DNA from: Flavobacteriales bacterium | Lineage (GTDB): Bacteria; Bacteroidota; Bacteroidia; Flavobacteriales_F; PHOS-HE28 | NCBI GenBank assembly: GCA_016713875.1 | Contig: JADJOI010000003.1 | Span: 437,092 to 501,091, forward strand | Reading direction: 5' to 3' | Length of the DNA: 64,000 bases | Part shown: piece by piece, positions 1 to 8,300 of the stretch | Position numbering within the stretch: position 1 is the first letter of the stretch | Layout of the letters: every line of letters begins with the position of its first letter | Program-made: the position numbers and the translations under genes | The notes under the pieces: generated by a model | The model's database searches: none | Told to the model about the DNA's origin: nothing | The model's input: only the letters and a program-made list of their open reading frames with translations

Positions 1-219
1 GCCATGGACCGGGGCTCATCGAACACGGGTCGGCCAGCCCAGGACCAACAGGCCAGCAGTACGACCATGGTAGCCAGGAAGGCCCGGCCCACAAGGGTTC
101 GAGCGCGCCTGGACAACTTGGGTCGGACGGGCGGCGTCATGCTGGTTGGAACACGTCGGGCCCGAAGATCCGTCGGAGTTCCGGGGGAACCTTATCTTCG
201 ACCGCCTTAACGAACCACG

Positions 220-3200
220 ATGCACCGTAAACTGCTGGCTCTGGCCGCCTTGGCCACTCTCTCCTGGCATGAAGCGAAGGCCACCCACGTCTCGGGTGGT
301 GAGATCATCTACGAATGCCTGGGGAACGGCGAATATGCGTTCACCCTGATCATCTACCGGGACTGCTTCGGGACCACGCTGGGCACCTCGTATGACCTGA
401 CGTTGGAGAGCCCCTGCGGCAATCAGACCGTGACGGTCACCCAGCAGAGCTTCACCGAGGTGAGCCAGCTCTGCCCGAACGAGCTGCAGAACAGCACTTG
501 CAACGGGGGCAACCTGCCCGGCTTGGAGCAGTACATCTTCACGGGCACGGCCACGGTCCCGCCCTGCGATTTCTGGACCGTGTCCTGGTCGTTGTGTTGC
601 CGCAATGACGCGATCGTGAACCTTCAGCAACCCGGCAACGTGGACGGCTATATCGAGACCACGTTCAATAACGCGGACTACCCCTGCGAGGATTCCCCGG
701 TGTTCACAAGCGCGCCGATCCCATACGTGTGCCTGAACCAGCCGGTGTTGTACAGCTACGGTGTGTATGACCCGGACGGGGACAGCCTGAGCTACGCGCT
801 TCATCCCGCGCTGGACTTCGGCGGTGTGCCCATCGGCTATGTGTTCCCCTACACGGCGAACGAGCCGATCACCGGCATCACCTTGGATCCGCTGACCGGC
901 CTGCTCTCCTTCACGCCCAATGCCATCGGCAACTTCGTGGTGGTGGTGGAGGTCACCCAGTATGATGAGGATGGGAACGTGATCGGTACGGTGATGCGCG
1001 ACATGCAGTTCGTGGTGATCCCCTGCACGAACCAGGCGCCTGACCCGATTTATTGCATTGGCAATTTCTCCGGCACCGCCGTCCAGGTCAGCTGCACGGA
1101 GATCGAGCTCTGCGAGTCGGACAACTTCTGTTTCGACGTGGTGATCGGTGATCCCGACCTCGGGGATACGCTGGTGGTGGAAAGCAACGTGCAGCAGAAC
1201 CTGCCCGGCTCCACGCTATCGTGGACCGGAACGAACCCGGTGACCATCACCGTGTGCTGGACGGCTCAGCCGGGGAACAGCGGATTCTATCCCTTCACCA
1301 TCACCGTGGAGGACCAGAACTGCCCCATCAGTGCGTTCCAGACCTATGTGTTCAACACGAACGTGCTTCAGCGGACGTCCGTCGGTCCTGACCAGACCAT
1401 CTGCGGCCCTCAGGTGGCGAACATCGAGGCCGATGGCGGTGCCAACTTCGTGTGGTCCATCCTGCCGGGCGGCGACCCCATCACCCCGCAGAACTTCATC
1501 TGCCTCGACCCGCCCTTCTGCTCGCAGGTGATCGCGGATCCCAACAGCACCACCACCTACGTGGTCGTGAGCGATCTGGCGGGCTCCTGCATCAACTCGG
1601 ATACGATCACGGTGGCCGTGGTCAGCGACTTCTCCTTCTCGCTCACCCAGAGCGACGATACGCTCTGTCTGGGCGAGACCGCCCAGATCAACGTGATCAC
1701 CAACCCTGCGTTGCCGGGCTACACCTTCGAGTGGACGCCGTCACTCGGTCTTTCCGCGGACGATATCGCGAACCCGATCGCCGGCTACAGCCAGCCGGGG
1801 TCCTATGACTACTCGGTGGAGGTCACCAGCCCTGACGGATGTACCAAGCGGGATTCCAGCCTGACGCTGGTCGTGCTGCCCGGGTTCGTGCCCGACTTCA
1901 CGGTCACGGTCGCTGACGATTCCTTCTGCGAGGGTCAGGGCACCACGTTCACGGTCGAGATCGATAACTCACCTCCGATCTATTGTGGACAGAACTTCGG
2001 AGGCTGTACCTCGGGCATCGTGGCCGACTTTGAGCTCGGAACGGGCACCGTGCAAGGCACGGCGACGTCCTACCCCGCGCCCTTCGGCAACTGGTACAAC
2101 AGCACCAAGCACCAGGTGCTGATCCGGGCCAGCGAGCTCCTCGCGCTGGGCTTCACCGGCGGTACCATCAACGAGCTGGCTTTGAACGTGGCCGCGGTCA
2201 ACGGTCTGGCGTTGTACCCGGGCTGGCAGATCCACATGGGCTGCACCACGCTCGATTCGTTGAACATCGACCAGGGCTTCGTCACCGGCCTGTTCCCCGT
2301 GTTCGGGCCCACGGATGTGCCGGTCACGGTGGGTTGGAACAACTTCGTGCTCAATCCGGGCTTCAACTGGGATGGCGTGTCGAACGTGGTGGTGGAGTTC
2401 TGCTTCAGCAACTACCCGAACGGCTTCACCCAGAACTCGCCGACCTTCGCCACCAACACGGGCTACACTTCGGTGATCTACAACTTCACCGATGGTGCCA
2501 ACCTGTGCGACACCATCCCGCCGCCCTTCTTCAACCAAGGGGAGAGCGCCGATCGTCCGAACATGCGCTTCCGGGTGTGCGCGGGCGTGAACGAGGACCT
2601 GCTCACCTTCAGCTGGTCGCCCACGGTGGGTCTCTCCGACCCGGACGGCGCCGTGACCAACGTGGTGCCCGTGACCTCTCCGGCGAGCTACACCGTGACG
2701 GTGGGTGACCCTGGCCTGGGCTGCTTCGGCACCGCCACGGTGACCACCACTTGGGATCCTCCCGCGGATGTGAGCTTCAACCCCCTGCCCAACGAGGGCG
2801 TGGCACCGCTGGACGTTTTCTTCGATAATACCTCTTCAGGGAACGTGGTGTCGTTCAACTGGAACTTCGGCGACACCACCGGAACGTCCACCGAGTTCGA
2901 GCCCACGTACACCTTCAACGACCCTGGCGTCTACATCATCACCTTGAACGGGGTGAGCGATCAGGGCTGCACTGGTTTTTACCAGGATACCGTGATCGTG
3001 CTTCCGGATCCCATCGTCATCATCCCCAACGTGTTCAGCCCGAACGGCGACGGCAACAACGATGCCTTCGAGTACGCCGACCTGCGCGGGTGGAAGAGCG
3101 TGGACATGACCATCTACGACCGCTGGGGCACCAAGGTGTACGCCGTGCCGCAGACCACGACCAACAAAGTGATCTGGAAGCCGAGCTCCAACATCTCCGA

Positions 3201-3285
3201 GGGGACGTACTACTGGGTGTTCGTCGGGGTCGGCAACGATGGCTCCGAAGTGAAGGAACAAGGTCATGTCACCCTGCTGAGGTGA
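220..3285 (+). CDS. Large secreted adhesin-like protein with PKD-like domain and T9SS type-B (gliding motility-associated, CHU_C-like) C-terminal sorting domain
   Basis: 1021-aa ORF with N-terminal signal peptide (MHRKLLALAALATLSWHEAKA). Cys-rich Ig-like repeats. PKD-like segment (FNWNFGDTTG...YTFNDPGVYIITLNGVSDQGC). C-terminal IPNVFSPNGDGNNDAFEY...WDRWG motif typical of T9SS type-B CTD. Confidence 0.8.
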   Translation: MHRKLLALAALATLSWHEAKATHVSGGEIIYECLGNGEYAFTLIIYRDCFGTTLGTSYDLTLESPCGNQTVTVTQQSFTEVSQLCPNELQNSTCNGGNLPGLEQYIFTGTATVPPCDFWTVSWSLCCRNDAIVNLQQPGNVDGYIETTFNNADYPCEDSPVFTSAPIPYVCLNQPVLYSYGVYDPDGDSLSYALHPALDFGGVPIGYVFPYTANEPITGITLDPLTGLLSFTPNAIGNFVVVVEVTQYDEDGNVIGTVMRDMQFVVIPCTNQAPDPIYCIGNFSGTAVQVSCTEIELCESDNFCFDVVIGDPDLGDTLVVESNVQQNLPGSTLSWTGTNPVTITVCWTAQPGNSGFYPFTITVEDQNCPISAFQTYVFNTNVLQRTSVGPDQTICGPQVANIEADGGANFVWSILPGGDPITPQNFICLDPPFCSQVIADPNSTTTYVVVSDLAGSCINSDTITVAVVSDFSFSLTQSDDTLCLGETAQINVITNPALPGYTFEWTPSLGLSADDIANPIAGYSQPGSYDYSVEVTSPDGCTKRDSSLTLVVLPGFVPDFTVTVADDSFCEGQGTTFTVEIDNSPPIYCGQNFGGCTSGIVADFELGTGTVQGTATSYPAPFGNWYNSTKHQVLIRASELLALGFTGGTINELALNVAAVNGLALYPGWQIHMGCTTLDSLNIDQGFVTGLFPVFGPTDVPVTVGWNNFVLNPGFNWDGVSNVVVEFCFSNYPNGFTQNSPTFATNTGYTSVIYNFTDGANLCDTIPPPFFNQGESADRPNMRFRVCAGVNEDLLTFSWSPTVGLSDPDGAVTNVVPVTSPASYTVTVGDPGLGCFGTATVTTTWDPPADVSFNPLPNEGVAPLDVFFDNTSSGNVVSFNWNFGDTTGTSTEFEPTYTFNDPGVYIITLNGVSDQGCTGFYQDTVIVLPDPIVIIPNVFSPNGDGNNDAFEYADLRGWKSVDMTIYDRWGTKVYAVPQTTTNKVIWKPSSNISEGTYYWVFVGVGNDGSEVKEQGHVTLLR

Positions 3286-3306
3286 TCCGATCGTCGTCCG
3301 CAATGC

Positions 3307-3336
3307 GAGGGGCCCCATGGGGCCCTTCGCCATTTC
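3307..3336. terminator. GC-rich palindrome (gaggggccccatggggccc) followed by T-rich tract, possible terminator of the upstream gene
   Basis: Inverted repeat ggggcccc/ggggccc immediately after the stop codon at 3283-3285, followed by ttcgccattt. Confidence 0.3.
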
Positions 3337-3342
3337 AGGGCC

Positions 3343-4980
3343 ATGGCCTGGGCCTGCCTATTTTCGTGCGAAATGCGCACGCTTCGCCGGGGGATCGGGG
3401 TCTGTGCCTGGATGGCAGCCGGAGTCGTTGGCCTGCACGCCCAGGAGCACAGCTCGATGCTGACCGTGCACACGGCTCCGTTCGTGGAGGAGGTGGCCTT
3501 GGCACTGGACTCCGCTGGGCGGGCCATCGGGCAGCCCCCGGCCTATGGGGTGGTGCTTCCCGTGGAGGAGCGGATCGGAACGGAGCTGACCCGGACCGGA
3601 GCAGGCCGGGTGCGGATCTGTTCGGATGGCGCCCTGGCCGTGGAACCCTTTCTGGTGGATGTGCGGCTCGGTCAGGGTGAGCGCCTGGTCCTGCGCGATG
3701 CGAACACGCTTGCCGAAGTGATCGGCATCGACCGGACCGAGGTGCCTGCCAGCGGTCGCGTGGCGCTTCCGCGCGTCTTCGGCCCGTGCTGCATCGTTGA
3801 GGTCATCGGGGGAGCGGATGGTGGAACGGTCGGCACGTTCACGGTGGCCGAAGTGGGCCACACCTTCCGTGAAGTGTCGTGGCAGAAGTCCGATCCGTGC
3901 GAGGTGGATGTGAACTGCACCGAGGGCCAGGCCTTTGCCGACCAGCGTGACGCCGTGGTGCGCGTGGGGGTCCGCGCGAACGGCGCGCTGATCTGGTGCT
4001 CGGGCACCTTGATGAACAATACGGCCCTGGACTGCCGTCCCTTCATCCTCACCGCCCTCCATTGCGGCCTGAACTCCACCGCAGCCGATCTGCAGGACTA
4101 CAAGTTCTACTTCGGGTACCAGCGCACGGGCTGCGGCAGCGGAGCGGCGGACCAGACCAAGTACATCACCGGCTGCCACCGCCGTGCGGACAGCAACGAT
4201 GGAGGCCTGAACGGGTCGGACTTCCTGCTGCTTGAAGCCTACACCAGTGTACCGGCCGGCTTCGATCCCTACTGGGCGGGTTGGGACGCCTCCAGCGCGC
4301 CGAGCGCCAGCGGGGTCACCATCCATCATCCCACGGGCAGCGAGAAGAAGGTGAGCACCTACGCCATGAACCTGCTCACCTCGCAGTGGATCGCAGGTGG
4401 GCCGTACAGCCACTGGTTCGTGAAGTGGACGGCCACGGCCAACGGACATGGCGTCACCGAACCCGGTTCTTCCGGGGCACCGTTGTTGGATACGTTCGGC
4501 CGGGTGATCGGCACATTGAGCGGAGGAACCAGTTGTTGCGTCGAGGATGGCTGTGGGCTGCCCGGTTCGGGCCCGGACCAGCCGGACTACTATGGCAAGA
4601 TGAGCTTCCACTGGACGCAGAACCCCAACACCGCCGCGCAGAAGCTCAAGGCGTGGCTCGATCCGCTCGTCCTGGGGGTGCTTGCCCTGGACGGATCCCG
4701 ATCACCCTGCGCCATCGGCATTGAAGAGCTCTTGGATGAAGACCTTCGCGTGCATCCTGTTCCGGCGCACGACCGGTTCACCGTACGGTGGGAGGCGCCC
4801 GATGAGGAGATGGACCTGGTGCTCTGGTCGGTGGGCGGGCGACCGTTGCGCCGCGTGCGGAGCCGGAACGGGGCGATAATGGAGGTCGGGGATCTGCCGG
4901 CAGGCAGCTACATCCTCACGCTGACAGGCGCTTCCGGTGGACGTGCCTCACACCCGGTGATCCTGGTCGGTACGCCATGA
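3343..4980 (+). CDS. S1-family trypsin-like serine endopeptidase (lysyl-endopeptidase-like) with T9SS type-A C-terminal sorting domain
   Basis: His-motif LTALHCG and Ser-motif GSSGAPLL match the TAAHC and GDSGGP equivalents. Signal peptide. C-terminal about 80 aa (VHPVPAHDRFTVRW...AGSYILTLTG) resembles Por/T9SS CTD. Start could be 3343 or the downstream Met at 3373. Confidence 0.75.
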   Translation: MAWACLFSCEMRTLRRGIGVCAWMAAGVVGLHAQEHSSMLTVHTAPFVEEVALALDSAGRAIGQPPAYGVVLPVEERIGTELTRTGAGRVRICSDGALAVEPFLVDVRLGQGERLVLRDANTLAEVIGIDRTEVPASGRVALPRVFGPCCIVEVIGGADGGTVGTFTVAEVGHTFREVSWQKSDPCEVDVNCTEGQAFADQRDAVVRVGVRANGALIWCSGTLMNNTALDCRPFILTALHCGLNSTAADLQDYKFYFGYQRTGCGSGAADQTKYITGCHRRADSNDGGLNGSDFLLLEAYTSVPAGFDPYWAGWDASSAPSASGVTIHHPTGSEKKVSTYAMNLLTSQWIAGGPYSHWFVKWTATANGHGVTEPGSSGAPLLDTFGRVIGTLSGGTSCCVEDGCGLPGSGPDQPDYYGKMSFHWTQNPNTAAQKLKAWLDPLVLGVLALDGSRSPCAIGIEELLDEDLRVHPVPAHDRFTVRWEAPDEEMDLVLWSVGGRPLRRVRSRNGAIMEVGDLPAGSYILTLTGASGGRASHPVILVGTP

Positions 4981-4981
4981 G

Positions 4982-5006
4982 AAAAGGCGCCCAGGGGCGC
5001 CTTTTC
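4982..5006. terminator. Bidirectional rho-independent terminator between convergent genes
   Basis: aaaa-ggcgccc-agg-ggcgcc-tttt: perfect GC stem flanked by an A-tract and a T-tract, located between the stop at 4980 (+) and the stop at 5031 (-). Confidence 0.7.
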
Positions 5007-5030
5007 GATCGGGGTCCGGGTGGTCCGGGC

Positions 5031-5348
5031 TCACTTGAGCTCCTTCACCGTGCGACCGCTCGCGCGGTACTTGGCGTCCATTTCGGCCCGGGCCTTCCGG
5101 GCATCCGCTTCGCTGGTGTGACGCACCACTTGCCAGCGCTGGGCGGGCACTGTGGCGGGCAGCTTGCCGAAGCGCGCCTTCACCGCATCGTTCGAAAGAT
5201 CGGCGTCCACGGCGATCACCTCCGTGACGATCACACGACCACCCTTCTCCTCACCCACGAGGAAGGCGGCTGTGGTGGGTTGCTGGGCCTGGGCGGCGAC
5301 GGTGATGATGGCGCAGGCGGCGGCGAGAGCAAGGCGTCGGAGGATCAT
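5031..5348 (-). CDS. Small secreted hypothetical protein (105 aa)
   Basis: ORF with cleavable signal peptide (MILRRLALAAACAIITVAAQAQQ). No recognisable domain. Confidence 0.45.
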   Translation of the reverse strand: MILRRLALAAACAIITVAAQAQQPTTAAFLVGEEKGGRVIVTEVIAVDADLSNDAVKARFGKLPATVPAQRWQVVRHTSEADARKARAEMDAKYRASGRTVKELK

Positions 5349-5391
5349 GGGCCGGTGTTCGTTCGTGCAATGATACGCATCGTCGGCAAGC

Positions 5392-8300
5392 TTACCAAGC
5401 CGCCCGTGGTTCGGCGCCCGGAGCGATCACCTGCACCGGCCCCCCCTTCGTCCGGGCATAGATCCGCGCATCGTACATGGCCTCCACCTGGGCGCCCGGG
5501 AAGTGGTATCGGCCGGTGTAGGCTGCGGTCACCCGCAGATGGAAGACGGCCTTTTGTCCGCGTGCCAGATCGAAGTAGGTCATCACCCGGTCGTCGCGCA
5601 CATCCTGGTAGGTGTAGGGGCTGTCGGTATGGACCTGCTCCAGACCTTCCATGCGAGCGTTCCGGATCTCCCATCCGGAGGGGAAGACCTGCGAGAGCGC
5701 CAGATTGCTGTAGAGGGGCTCGGTGCCCACATGGGTCACCTCCACGTTCACGAGCACATCCGTGCCCTGCGTGAGCACCGCCGGGTCCAACGTGCTGCCA
5801 TTGGTCCCTGTGAAGGTGGTGCGGATGCTGAGCCCATTGGATGACGCGTTCTCCTCGCCGTGACCGGGTGTGCCGTGCCGGGTGATCCGGGTGAAGACCA
5901 AGCCGGTGCCTTTGTTGACCAGATGTACGGTGTGCGGGCGGTCCGGCGTTCCAAGCGCCATGCGCCAGGTCGAACGGGCGCTTCGCACCGTGGTGGGTTT
6001 GCCGTCGATGGCGACGGTGAGGTCGAGACCGTTGCCCTGCCCGTTGGCGGCGGTGTAGCGGGCCACGGCCATCAACGCGAAGGCCGCGCTCTGTGTGCTG
6101 AGCCACTGATCGCTGCCAAGACGCTCGGCGATGCGGAGGACCACGGGGCCGGCCTCGGGAAGACGTCCGCTGCGCAGGAGGGTCAGGGCGATGAGGGCCT
6201 CATCGCGGACCGCGCTCCCAAAGGTGCCGCTCAGTTCGGCGTAGTCCGTGATCCCGGCGGAGATGCCCGTGGTCAAGGCGTTCGCTGCATCGGTCCGGCC
6301 GAGCTCGGCGTAGGCGGCGGCCAGGGTCCACCGGGCCATGGGTTCAAGGGTGGGGATCGACCGAAGACGGTTCATGGCGGCAGGCTCCTCGGCCCCGGCC
6401 AGGGCCAGGGCGAACAGGCGGTAGGCCTGCACGAAGGCCGAACGGCCTTCGGTGGCCGGTGACCACGCCCGGGCCGCGTTGCGCTGCGAAGCGGTCCATC
6501 CGGTGCGCATGGACCCGGGCACGGCGTGACCCAGTCGGGCGGCCTCCAACAGGAAGTGCCCGGCGTAGATGCTGCTCCAGTCGTCCGTATGCGTCCCTCC
6601 CGGCCAATAGCTGAAACGACCGTCACCACGCTGGAAGAACGCCAGCTTGCGGATGGCGGCCCCCACATCGGCCTGCACCTGCTCCTTCAGGGAAGGCGAA
6701 AGGTCAACGAGGCCGTCCAGGTAGAGCTGCGGGAAGGCCTTGGACACGGTCTGCTCGAGGCATCCGTGCGGGTAGCCCAACAGCTCCTGAAGGCGTCGCT
6801 CCAGACCGAGCGGTGGCAGGCTGGTGACCTCGATGACGGCCGAGTTGGTGCCACCGGCGCCGATGGGGACCACGGAGAGGTCCACCTGCCCACCCGCCTG
6901 CACCGCTCCATCCTCCGATCGGGTGATCGGCAACATGGGCGAGCGAACGCCGATGTCGATCCGCGTGGTGGCGCGCTCTGTGCCCGCCAGGGCGGTCACG
7001 TTCACCTGAGCGGCCCCTGTGCGGTCCCCGGCACGCAGCTGGAAACGGACCACCTGTTCCCCGGTGCCGTCGAACCGCACCGCCCGTTCAAGCGGGCCTT
7101 CGCCCGTGACCGCACCGGACAGGCCGACCTTGACCGTGACCTCGCGCAGCAGCTTGTCCATGGCGAACACGGTGACGGGAAGCTCCACCGTCTCGTCAGG
7201 CCCGAGCACACGGGGCAGGGTGGCCAGGACCATGAGCGGCTGGCGCACGGGCACGGCTTGTTCGGCATGACCATAGGCCCCGTCGGGGTGGCTGGCCACC
7301 ACCATCACCCGCACCCGGCCCACGTAGTTGTCGATGGTGAACCGATGGGTGCCGCGCTGGCCCGGAGCCAGGGAGAGGGGACCGGCGTGCAGTACCACGG
7401 GCTTGAACCGCCCGATGCGGGAGGGATCGACCGGCCCGCCACCATCGCTGCCCCCGACGGCCAGCACGCGGCCGGCCTCCACCCCGAAGGCGCCGATCAC
7501 CTGGTCGTACAGGTCGAAGCTGTGCACGCCGAGCGCTTCACGCGCGTAGAGCTGTGCCCAGGGGTCGGGTGTCCGGAAGCGCGTGAGGTCGAGAAGGCCC
7601 TCGTCCACCGCATACAGCATGTAGTGCATGGCACGTCCGCTCTTCTCCGCCACCGTGAGGGTGAACTCGCGCCCGGGCTTGATCTCCGACGGCGCCTCGA
7701 TCACGGGCTCCAGGCGGGTGGCCGGGTCCTCCACCAGGATGGGGACCACCCCATAGAGGCGGATGGGCAGGTCGTTGGCCACCTCACCGTGCGGTTGCAG
7801 CAGCGTGACATGCGCGTGGATGTTCGGCATCATGGCGGCAGTGGCCTTGAAGCGATGGGTGGTGCCGCCTTCGGTCAGTGCGATCCGCGTGATCTCCACC
7901 ACGCGGTGGCCGTTCTCGAGGCTCACGATCGCGGTGCCCTTGTGCGCGGATGGGATGGTGAGCTCCACCTCGTCGCCCGGGGCGTACCGCTCCCTGGCCG
8001 TGCCGATGGCCAGACGGGTGGCCGCGGGGTCCTTGCCGTGCTCCGCCGCATCGGACGTGCCGTCCGCTCCGAAGTGGAGGCTGACGACGGCCACATGGCC
8101 GCTGGCCGGATCCTCCGCGCGGACCAGGTACCGTCCGGTGGCGGCGGCCTCCACGCGCACATCCAGGGAACCACGGCCCTGGGGATCGGTAAGCACATCG
8201 TGCGAGGAGATCACCCGCAGGCCCTCGCCGGTGCGGCCGCTCGTGGGCCCATCCATCGCGCCATGCCACCATCGCTCCTCATCCACCTTCATCACCTGCA

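Noticed and set aside
4-210. Small ORFs at the window start (4..210+, 146..349+)
   Set aside because: Short, biased composition, overlapping the signal-peptide region of gene 220..3285. No support.
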